64,000 nt of DNA, taken from NCBI GenBank assembly GCA_965153285.1, contig OZ229116.1; one strand, given 5' to 3'. The DNA is from Podarcis tiliguerta (Eukaryota). A program made the translations under genes and the position numbers. Of this stretch, positions 38,700 through 49,406 are shown piece by piece; the stretch's first letter is position 1; the number at the start of each line of letters is the position of its first letter. The notes below the pieces were generated by a model that saw only the letters and a list, made by a program, of their open reading frames with translations, did not search any database and was not told the origin of the DNA.

Positions 38700-41600
38700 T
38701 ATGAAGTAATGAAGCTCTGTGTCTTGGTAAATAAACAGTAGAGTACAGTTTTTTTACCAGGACACCAAGGACAAGATAGGGAAGATTGAGTTTTTGGCCC
38801 ATGTAAGAAAAGAGAGAATTCTGGGGTTCAGTGATGTCTCTCCCTCAGAATCCGATAGGAGGCTCAAGCTGTTTATAGGTAAACAAATGGAAACATGATT
38901 CACTTCCATTAACCTCCTTCTAAGGGAAGCCAAACTTGTTCCCATAGAATTTCTCGCCACTCAGAGAAGTGAAGTGAGCAGAACATGATTATTTTGCTTT
39001 TTTAAAAAAATTAAAAAAGAAGAAGTTTCATATTGTAAATTCTATACCTTATTGTGAGCCGCTTTGGGGGCTTTGGTTGAAAGAGAAAAGGGACTGGAAA
39101 CCCGTAAATAAGTCAACTGCATTAATGAAAGAGCAGGCACATGCTGAGCTGTGGGGGAGAGCATGGGGCTTGGATCACAACCTTTCCACACAGGTGCGCT
39201 CTCCAGTGCCACAGTGGGCCCAAACTCTGTAGCCCATGCAGTTCCTCCAGCCTTGCTCAGGATACAAGGCCTGAAAGATCACCAGTCTCAACATGGTCCG
39301 GCTTGGACTGCAAAATCTTCAGGCACCTCCCCCCCCCCCCCCCCCCGATATGTGGCAATACCAAGAAGAGAGATCTTTGGTGTACTTTTCCAGAAGAGGC
39401 TCATCTGGGTCCTCATTTGAGCACTGGTCAAAGGCCTTTTTTATTTTCCAGGGTTTAAAAACTTGCATTAGTCTGTTCTTTGCGAATACTGCTTCTATAG
39501 TGTTGCTGTTTTTCAGTTTATGGTAATGTAACTCTTAATTTGTGGTGCTTTCAATATTTTATCATCAGTTGCCCTGATAATGCTTTTGAAGGGATGGGTA
39601 CAAACCTAAATAATAAATTAATAGCAACAAATAAGGCAAACCAGGGTAGCTGACAGTTGCATTCAGCCTGGAGCTGAGTATTTCTCATACCCTTTTTGAT
39701 GCAGTTCCTAGAACTGAGGAAAGCTTCTGGTTCAGGGACTAAGGTTTCCATAAATTACGTTAATGAGGAGTTTTCTAAAGGGAGAGAGAACACATTCTTT
39801 TTAAAAAAAGAACATGAAGCGGGGGGACCTGTGCTATTTAGAGGTTAAGAGCTCTGACATGAAGCCAGGTCAAACAGTCACAAGTAGCGATAACTCTGCA
39901 ATAGTTCTAACATTCACCCCTAAAACATCATAGAGCTCCTAGCATTCCTCCTTCTCTCAAGGCTGCTTCACTCAATATGGAACATGCACACATGTTTTTT
40001 AAGATATGTACATGAGCTGGTGGTCCCTGGCCAATTATCGCTTCCCTGGCATTTACACACATCTTTCTGTCAAGTCATGGTACACATATTTCAAAAACTC
40101 CCTTGTTTCTCCTCACAGCTTATGTTTTTAGCATGCAGACCAAAAAAAGGTATTTGTGCAGCAATCCTTAAAACTAATTTCTAAAACAATATGATGATGA
40201 TGGAGATGGTAAAAATGGTGCACATCTCTTTCTTTCACTTCTTTTAAAAATAAAATACGAAGAGGAATTTCGAACCGACTGGGGCATAAATATTAGATGA
40301 AGGAAGTCATTCTATTTAATCCCTGGAAGAATAAACAGCATGCTCATTTCTAAAGTGTTCTGGCATGCTGCTCTACCATTTGGCACTGCCTTACTGGAAG
40401 GACTGTGTCATGCAAGTGGGTTAATAAGCTTCCAGAAAAGAAGCAAGCAAGCAGATGAATGTGTAATAAAGGCAGGATAGCTGAAGTAGCTGCTGCAAGC
40501 AAGTGCTGCATACCTTCCCCAATCATATTCATTGCTGGAGGAATCAAACATATGAGAAATTCCAAATGGGATGAAAGGCAAATATAATTATGAGGTGGAG
40601 AGGAAGCACTCATAAAAGCAAACATGTTTTCCAAGTTCAAGCCTGCGCGGATGGAAAGTTAGGCTTAGGAAAGCCAAGGCACACACTCTGCTGTGAAGCA
40701 ACAAGATAAAACCTATCTAATTAAATCTAACAAAGCACAATAAATTAGATGTGCAGAAAAGAGTTCGAAAAGGTCAAGATTTTCTTCTAACCTTGTGGTT
40801 TCATAGGGCCCCCAACCAGCTGTGCAATTTTTGATCAAACTATGCAAAGGTTACGTTGAAATGCAGCTGTATGGAGTGGAGGAGCTCTTGCACTCCCTCT
40901 ACGTCTGAAACCGGTCAAAGGTAAAGCCACTAAATTTGGGCTATCTGTGATCTTGACTCGTGTTGCAAGTATTCAAACCAGCTCAACATTCCCACATCAT
41001 TCTCAGGAATGACCAGCCTGCTCTCAAGGGAATCAAGTCAAACCAGCCAGCAAAAAAACAAGTCTTCTATTTGCTCCTTAACAGCCAGAATGCCCTACTG
41101 AAAGCAAGTTAAAGATACACTGGTCCCAAGGAAGACAACAATGCTAACACTCAACCCTAATTTGAGAATACCGCACTGCTGAAAGTTTTGCTTACTGCAG
41201 AGTTATCTAGGAACTCCAAGGCTGTGCCTAAAGAGAACAAAGAGGGGTGAACCAAATGCTGACAAAATTAAACTATTGCCATACCTTGTCATTTCTGTCG
41301 TCATCTCTCCCCAACCCCTGCTGCCATCTAACTTCTTCTCAAAATTCTTGCTTGGCCCTATAATTTTCAACAAATGTTCCACTGATGAGTTCAGGCTGTG
41401 AGTGCAGCTGTCATGGTTTTTACTGCCACACATACAAAGTACTCAGACAATTCTATGTGCTTATGTATCACAGAGCCCATATTCAATTAGATGCCACCTA
41501 ATTGCCCTGAACTGCTATACAAGTGCAATGTGGCAAGTCAGTGCGGCATCCATGCAGAGAAGCTTATGCATAATCCTGTCCTGCTATCAAAAATGAACCA

Positions 41601-41715
41601 TGGGCAGCAAAGGTAAACTCGAAGGATGGGCAGCAAAGGCAGCAAGGGAAAGCAGAAAACAAGGCAGGAAGGAGTCAGAACCAAGGAGCAAGATGGAAAA
41701 TGAGACATGCTAGAG

Positions 41716-41968
41716 CAGAAGTAGGCAACCTAAGGCTTGGCCCAATCTGATCTGGCCCAATCACCTTCTCAATCCGGCCCACAGACGGTCCAGGAATCAG
41801 TGTGTTTTTACATGAGTAGAATGTGTCCTTTTATTTAAAATGCATCTCTGGGTTATTTGTGGGGCATAGGAATTCGTTAATTTTTCCCAAAAAAAATATA
41901 ATCCAACCCACCACATGGTCTGAGGGATGGTGGGCAGGCCCATGGCTGAAAAAGGTTGCTGACGCCTG
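41716..41968. mobile_element. hAT-Charlie-like non-autonomous element
   Basis: Ends CAGAAGTAGGCAACCT / AGGTTGCTGACGCCTG, repeated GGCCC subterminal motifs, flanks TGCTAGAG / TGCTGATA (partial 8-bp TSD). Confidence 0.7.
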
Positions 41969-42227
41969 TGCTGATAGACTTTTGTTGTTTGAGAAAGTTT
42001 CTTCAGCTGGAAAATGGAGTGCTTTATACTCATTCCTGCCCAGGAGGATAAACCTAGGAAGATAGACCTTGGTTCAGATCTGACAGGTTCTTCTCTGAGA
42101 GGTTGCAGTTACACGGCTCACCACATGAGATGGTAATGAGCAGTTCCTGACACTTATGGACTGGTTTCTCAGCAGCGTGTATGATGACACTCTTCGATTC
42201 AGAAAAAAAGGTATCTTGTTTCATATA

Positions 42228-42453
42228 CAGTGGTGCCTCGCAAGACGAAATTAATTCGTTCTGCGAGTTTTTTCATCTTGTGAATTTTTCATCTTGCGAA
42301 GCACGGTTTCCCATAGGAATGCATTGACGGTTTTAAGAAAAAGGCGCAAGCCCATAGGGAAATTCGTCTTGTGAAGCAACTCAAAAAACAAACAACTCTT
42401 TCATCTTGCGAGTTTTTCGTCTTGCGAGGCATTCGTCTTGCGAGGTACCACTG
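42228..42453. mobile_element. Tc1/mariner-pogo MITE, family E
   Basis: TIRs CAGTGGTGCCTCGCAAGACGAA / TTCGTCTTGCGAGGTACCACTG, TA flanks, internal TTCRTCTTGYGA repeats. Confidence 0.9.
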
Positions 42454-42455
42454 TA

Positions 42456-42698
42456 CAGTGGTACCTCGGGTTACATACGCTTCAGGTTAAATATGCTTCA
42501 GGTTACAGACTCTGCTAACCCAGAAATAGTGCTTCAGGTTAAGAACTTTTCTTCAGGATGAGAACAGAAATTGTGCTCCGGCAGCGCGCCGGCAGCAGGA
42601 GACCCCATTAGCTAAAAAGGGTGCTTCAGATTAAGAACAGTTTCAGGTTAAGTACGGACCTACGGAATGAATTAAGTACTTAACCCGAGGTACCACTG
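42456..42698. mobile_element. Tc1/mariner-pogo MITE, family A (inverted relative to 23433)
   Basis: TIRs CAGTGGTACCTCGGGTTA / TAACCCGAGGTACCACTG. Left TA is shared with the previous MITE, right flank is TG. Confidence 0.9.
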
Positions 42699-44134
42699 TG
42701 CTACTTTTTGTTTCAGTCCAAAAATCACTGACCTTCATTCCAATATATATATATACACACTATATTTACATGCAATATGCTTGCTTAGTTAAAAGCTACA
42801 ACTCTTCAGTGAAAAAGCACTGTGGAATTATAAGTCAATTATAAGTTTCCCCCTCCCACATACAAAATATCAAGTACTCAAGTCCCTTGAAATTAATCTT
42901 ATGACAGGTTTCAACTGAAATGGTCCAAATTTATGAGACTTGGAGCACATGCAAACGTCAGTGGTTCAGGAGGATGGGATCGTATAGATTTATCCCATCG
43001 GCAGAGAACAGCACCACTTGGGACAGAGGGAGTCCACCGTGGTAAATGTCTCAGGTGATGCCCAGATGGGTGGTAAGCTGCCAGCAGCAGGTCCCCCCAC
43101 TAGCATTACTGCATGAAATGGAGAATATGGAGATCAGAGATGGGACACCACTGGATCTAAATCCCCATGAATCCCAAAGGGCCCGATCCCTCAGCTACAG
43201 CACACTAAGGTTGGTGAGCTGGTAGGGACCACATTGCTGGCAACAGGGTTTCAAATGCAGGACTGGATCCGCCCCTCCACACCCCCTTAGCCCCACATTA
43301 AGACTAGAAATTGCATTTTACGTCCAAGACTATTTTCCGAAGTTCAATTATTTAAGCACCTTAAATACCAATGGATGCACTTCATTAGCATGTGATCTTA
43401 CAGCAACCTTTATATAGTGTTTTGTTCCTTACTTGTAGTTTTCTTTGGGTTAGAAGGTTTTGATTAGTTTCTTTCTCCACAAAATATGCATTCCAATAAT
43501 GATTACAAGTTATTATAATCAAGCCCACAGGCACATAAAATCAATTGACCATAACGCTATGAATTTCCTCAAAATTGCAGACTGTCATAGCTCTGTTCTT
43601 TAAGGCGCTGGCTGAAAAATGTGTTGATTATGCTTCCCACCCACCCACCCCTTTTTAAAGTATCAATCAAGTTTGGAAGACAATTTTTCCAAGTGCCTGC
43701 TTAACTTTCCGTCCCCTTCTAAAATTAAATACATACGTTTTAGAGAAAGAGTATAATATGCTTTGATGTGGCTTGTACTTTACTGTATTGAACTCCCAAG
43801 TGGTCCTCTGGGCCAGCAGGAAGCAGGGTATTTATGGAGCGAGGTTTCAGATAATTAGATATCTCCTTTAGGAGTCATGTGAGAATGCAAGAAAATCAAT
43901 TTGCCAGTCTGATCCATTTTCCAGTTAAGCTGGAGTTCTCAGATCTGAGACAACCTGCAGGCACAGAGAAGTCAATAAGACAAAATCTCCTTAAATCCAA
44001 AGTTCTTTGCTTAACCAAGTTTGGGGTTTAATTTCCTACTCGGCTCCACATTCAGAGAAACTGAATTAATTTTTTGCTCCTGTCTTCACTGCAAAATACG
44101 TAGAAGATACCTGAACTTACATTTCCAAGTAGAG

Positions 44135-45016
44135 AGTCATAAGATCCGAGACAAGTATGAGGACAAGAGAAAAAGTTCTAGTCCTTATCGACAAGCTGAA
44201 AATTAACAGATCGCTTGGTCCAGATTGTATTCACCGCCCAAAAGTTCTTAAAAGAATCAAATGTGAAATATCCCTAAGATCAGCCTCCATACTTACACAC
44301 TGGAAAGCGGCAAACATAACACCAGTTTTTTAAACAAGAATCCAAGTGTGATTCAGGAAATTACAAGGTATTGTAATGGCCACAAACATAAAGAATTTAA
44401 AGCGGGATTAGGCAAATTCACAGACAATAAGGCTATCAGTGGCTACTAGCCATGATGATTGCATACTACCTCTGGAATCAGAGGTAGCCTGCCTTTGAAA
44501 AGCATCTGTTGTGAAACAGCAGCAAGATAATGCTACTGTATGGGATGCGGGTGGCGCTGTGGGTTAAACCACAGAGCCTAGGACTCGCCGATCAGAAGGT
44601 TGGCGGTTCGAATCCCCATGACGGGGTGAGCTTCCGTTGCTCGGTCCCAGCTCCTTGCCAACCTAGCAGTTCGAAAGCACGTCAAAGTGCAAGTAGATAA
44701 ATAGGTACCACTCCGGCGGGAAGGTAAACGGCGTTTACGTGCGCTGCTCTGGTTCGCCAGAAGTGGCTTAGTCATGCTGGCCACATGACCTGGAAGCTGT
44801 ACGCCGGCTCCCTCGGCCAAAAAAGCGAGATGAGCGCCGCAACCCCAGAGTCAGCCACGACTGGACCTAATGGTCAGGGGTCCCTTTACCTTTAATGCCA
44901 CTGTGCTCATGCCCTGTTTATGGACTCCCCATAGGCATCTGCCTGGTCACTGTGAAACACAGGATGTTAAACTAGATGAGCCTTTGGTCTGATCCAGCAA
45001 AGCTCTGCTGAGGTTC
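44135..45016 (+). mobile_element. Internally deleted CR1 LINE, interrupted by a Sauria SINE
   Basis: GACAAGCTGAAAATTAACAGATCGCTTGGTCCAGATTGTATTCACC (DKLKIN.S.GPD.IHP), TGGAAAGCGGCAAACATAACACCAGTTTTT (WK.AN.TP.F) and GGAAATTACA (GNY) run directly into the ORF2 end (GTAATGGCCACAAAC...GGCTACTAG) and a CR1 3' UTR (CTAGATGAGCCTTTGGTCTGATCCAGC). Confidence 0.75.
44542..44893 (+). mobile_element. Sauria SINE, full length
   Basis: GGGATGCGGGTGGCGCTGTGGGTTAAACC head, B box GGTTCGAATCC, tail ending CCCTTTACCTTT. TSD TAATGCTACTGT / TAATGCCACTGT (11 of 12). Confidence 0.95.
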
Positions 45017-45440
45017 ACATAATAAATTTCATCTGTGCCTAGCTTAGGATGTTTAAATTTGGTGCCATCAAATATGCTGCCCAGCCATTTTTATAAGTTG
45101 GAGGACACCCTAACCCCTTCCCAATAAATATTTAATTCATTTTTAAGTGGAAGCATTTTAAGGATTTTTTGCCTTTCCTTTAAGAAAGAAACAGCCAAGG
45201 GCTTTTTCTCTTTTGTTCAGACATCATCTTTAAAGGAAAGACATAAACTGTTTATGCCTATCCTCCAAAAGACATTCAAAGATGATGAATGGTTGCAAGA
45301 AAAGGGAAGGATAAATATTCTCCCCTGCTTCAGTTTATATATATGAGGCATAAATACCCACTTAAAGATGTGAATGCGCACAGTGTACCCATTACCTTAC
45401 AAGCTACATGCACTCTGCAAAATGTTTTATATTTTGAGAC

Positions 45441-45600
45441 AGCCTGGATAGCTCTGTTGGTTAGCGCATGGTGCTGATAACGCCACGGTTGCAGGTTCAA
45501 TCCCTGCATGGGACAGCTACATATTCCTGCATTGCAGTGTGTTGGACTAGATGATCCTTAGGGTCCCTTCCAACTCTTAACTTCTATGATTCTGTGATTC
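45441..45600 (+). mobile_element. tRNA-Ile-like SINE with CR1 tail (probably Squam2-type)
   Basis: Head TAGCTCTGTTGGTTAGCGCATGGTGCTGATAACGCCACGGTTGCAGGTTCAATCCC resembles tRNA-Ile and is fused to TTGGACTAGATGATCC...CCCTTCCAACTC...CTATGATTCTGTGATTC. Confidence 0.8.
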
Positions 45601-46740
45601 TTATTTAGGTGTATTACTACTACATCCACTATTGTAACCATAGCCTTTGAGATTGTGTAGCCCAGACAGTGCTTCTTTTTCTTGCTGCAAACGTGACTGG
45701 TATTCTGGAATGTGCCATCATTCATTTTCCTTTTGCCAACTTACTAGCACATTCCTTTGACCAGAAGTACACAAAGAAGTGTGTCGATTAAAATAAGCCA
45801 AGTGTAACAAGTATACTACTGAAACCGGTATTTGAGATGGAAATACTATTCAAGCATTCTGGAATCTAAAGGATAAGTTGGTTGCTTGATTTGCGGGGTG
45901 GGGCAAACCGGAGGAAAGGTGTAGTGACAGCAAATACTAATATTTCAAGAAGAAACCTAAGCTCTTAATGATCAGGATCAGAAGAAGGAGCACAACCGTG
46001 AAAACAAGACAGCTTGAAACAGGCCTAATCTCATGGCTGTCTGAACCTAGAAACAGAGCAGAGATTCAGCCATGCCACCAACATCGTTTCAATTGAATAC
46101 AATCTTGCCTATCCAAGGGTGGTCTAGTTCCAGAGATAGAATTCCATATCCTACGAACAGATGAAATTCCTCACTTGTTGATAGCTCTCTTGTGAGGAGT
46201 TATCACTTCCATTTACTTAACACTCTTTGCAGTGGATACAGTGGAGCGACAGCTAGTGATGGAATGTCAGCAAACACGGTGTGAGGGTCCCTTACATGAT
46301 AAAACGGCAGTGGACACTAGTCTAGACAATGGAGGCAAACAGCTCCCCTTTTCTGTTTTAATCAGGGTTCGTTTAATGTTTGCTTCCGTTCAAACTATCC
46401 ATTTCTCTCGTTCTGCCTTGATGTCCAATTATCTTTGCACTTCAGTCCCATCAGATTATGAAATCAAAACAATGTTCACATACAGACACACACACACCAT
46501 TTTTAAGCAACTGGAAAGCTAAATATATATTAGTTTTTCATGCTGAGCCTAGCTATCTTGCAGCTCAAGTCAGTCCCCATATCAGGCAAGCACATTACTT
46601 ATCAGCATTGGTGCACACAGTGTGGTCTCAGCTGTTCATATCAGTCTCTCCAAGACACTGATATGTAATAGCACATCTTCCATTTTTCCTCCATCTTGCC
46701 ATAATGCTGCACAAATCTTCTCAAAACTAATTATCTTGCC

Positions 46741-46745
46741 ACACA

Positions 46746-46782
<37 letters not shown>
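46741..46782. repeat. Compound (CA)n(GA)n microsatellite
   Basis: Read directly from the sequence. Confidence 0.95.
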
Positions 46783-46783
<1 letters not shown>

Positions 46784-49004
46784 TTCTTGCAGCATGCATT
46801 GCAGATGGCTCATTTGTACATTCCTCCATTAATGCTAAAGAGATCAAATTCAGCACTCTCTCGTTTCCTTTAATTTTGAATTGTTAGAAGAAGCCATAAG
46901 AAAAACAAAGATCTGTCAACACCTGTACATGAGGTCTAAGAGAACTGCATTAATGTTCGCTAGCTAAACCATGGTGGCCCTGCAGTTATTGCAGCCATAA
47001 AGGAATGGAGTGTATTTATACCAATAACAAATATGATACATGACAGTAACTCGGGTGTTGTAGCATATATATTTTACCTGACACAATAATGTTCCATTTT
47101 ATGGGCCACCATTTATCTTTTTAAAAAACAAAAAACAAACACCCCACCATATTTGGTATATAACATTCAGGGCATTAAAAGCTAAGTGTGGAAGAGAGAA
47201 ATGAGAATAAGAATATAACTGGATAGCAAGATAATATGTAGTTGCTTAAATATAGATGAACCATGTGGTTAGTCATACAGTGTCCCAGGGGTTCAAATAC
47301 ATTTCAATCCCTAACACATGCTATCTGTAATCCCCTTTTTATCTTTTAAAAATGCATTCAATGTTTTTTCAAGCACAATGCATTTTCTGTATCCTTAAAA
47401 ATATAAACCAATATATTTTTAGACAACGTTGTTTATATGCATGAGTGGGTGATCTATGACATCAGACCACACTAGGGATTGGGCAGCAGTGCCACAAGTG
47501 GTGACTGGTACCACACTCCTACTTATGCGAAGTTGGGAAAAGACAGCTGCAAAAATTAAACCCATTTGTCTTCCTTTATTATCTAGCCATATATTTGCAC
47601 CAGTTTCCATGGCTCCTTTGAACAAAAAGCATCAAGTTGTAAGTGCACAAAATTCAAGGGAGAGGTTATCCTGCATAATTATGCAGCTTTGTCCCCCACT
47701 TAGACCCAGCTATGGGCACCCATGTGTTTAAGTGATTAAGTGTCCTTAGCAATTGTGCTGCCTGCTGAGTACCAAAGCATGAGAGCTACCTTCATGTTTT
47801 GTGCCCTAACTTTCTTCAGAGATGTCCAATGTACTCACTTTTTAAAAATAAAGGTAAGAGTCTGCTGGCCTTGCCCCCTGCCCCATGTAAATCTGACTCC
47901 TCCTACCCATCTGTTGGTGGCCCTGGAAATATGGTTATGGGTTATGCCATTATGCTCACCTATACCTCCAAATTTACCACTGCACTATTTATCATGGCAG
48001 AATATTTGCATATAAAAGTACAAACGATTTCTGTTCTTCCCACTATTTGTTTCACCTGTGCGTGCTAAGCCCAAAATAAGTGGATACTTTTCAGCTGAAA
48101 GGGAAAGTGCAAAAGTATAAGCAGCTGAATATAGTTAATGACTAAACCCCGTAAGATTTAGTGATCACAATTGCTATTCAATTTTTCCCCTTTATGAATA
48201 ATTCAGATTGCATATCTATCCCCGTTGCTGTAGTCTTAAATGAAAAGTTCCTTTGTTGATATCGTCATTGCTCAAAACACCATATGTTTTTTCCACTACT
48301 AAGGATGACAAACTCTCCGAATGTTTTCAGAGTGGGAAGCAACAAGTGGGCTGGCTCTGGGAAAGGGAATAGCAATTGGCATGATCTGGCCCAGCTGTCT
48401 TCATTTTGAGACCTACATGAGCCTGTTAGCTGACTATGAGGTCTACAGAAGACTCTGGCAGCAGTGTGAACAGGCATATTTAGAAATCAGGAAAAAGATG
48501 AAGGGAAAATGCTGTCTTTTTGCCAACCTACAGCTATCAACTATCACATAATGCCAACTCTCCCACATCTGAGGTGTAGGAAGTACTCTACAATATTGTA
48601 TTTATGAATGAATGTGAAAAAGAAATGAACAAACTTCCATTTGCCCGGGAAAGGACCATGATAAATCTGTACAAATTATTAAAGGCTTTCAAGAGTACAA
48701 CATTAAAAATCTTTATCAAGCCTAGGACAAGGACACAACATGGGGCAACGGGAAACATTTTTGTTTCTTCTACATTAAAAAAAAAAGCTGTTATCCAAAG
48801 AGTGCCCATGTGAAAATAGCTTCCGAAGGCGCATTGGGAGTCCTGATCTCCTTTTCGGGTGCATCACATGCTATTCTGGAAGACTGTCCAATCTTCAATA
48901 GTGGTTTTGGAGTATGCGCTTTGAGAAGCTAGAGAATTCTGCCCTTTGGACACCAATCACAGAAGAGCAGCATTACAATTCAATGATTCTATACACATAG
49001 TTTA

Positions 49005-49076
49005 GTTGAGATTCCTGCATTGAAGGGGGAAGGACTAGATGGCTCTCAGAGTCCCTACCAACTCTACAATTCTATG
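49005..49076 (+). mobile_element. CR1-type 3' terminus
   Basis: TTCCTGCATTGAAGGGGGAAGGACTAGATGGCTCTCAGAGTCCCTACCAACTCTACAATTCTATG. Confidence 0.75.
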
Positions 49077-49372
49077 CAAACAATTTTTTGTGAGGTGTAC
49101 AATAATCAGGATTCTACATTGCTTAGAAGATGTATCCTTAAACACAAAAATAGGCCACACTGTAATTTCTCACAGAAGTTCCTAATTTACACATTGATTT
49201 TGATAGCTTTCAAAATTATGGATTTGTGCCCCTTTTGTTCCTCCCCCCCTGTAAGTATCTTGCTACTGATCATTCTGCGTAAAAGAGTGAGGGGGGAAAG
49301 CCCTGTTGCTCTAGCAGGAGCTCTTGTGCTGTCTCCCACTAATGGAACAATTTCACTAAATTTGGCCCAGAG

Positions 49373-49406
<34 letters not shown>

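Noticed and set aside
40807-40920. Plus-strand exon with good splice signals
   Set aside because: All three frames contain stops, and nothing else supports it.
45441-45515. Functional tRNA-Ile gene
   Set aside because: Stem mismatches, no oligo-T terminator right after the head, and direct fusion to a CR1 tail indicate a SINE head.
48321-48551. Protein-like ORF (YMSLLADYEVYRRLWQQCEQ)
   Set aside because: No recognisable homology and no canonical donor. Compatible with chance.
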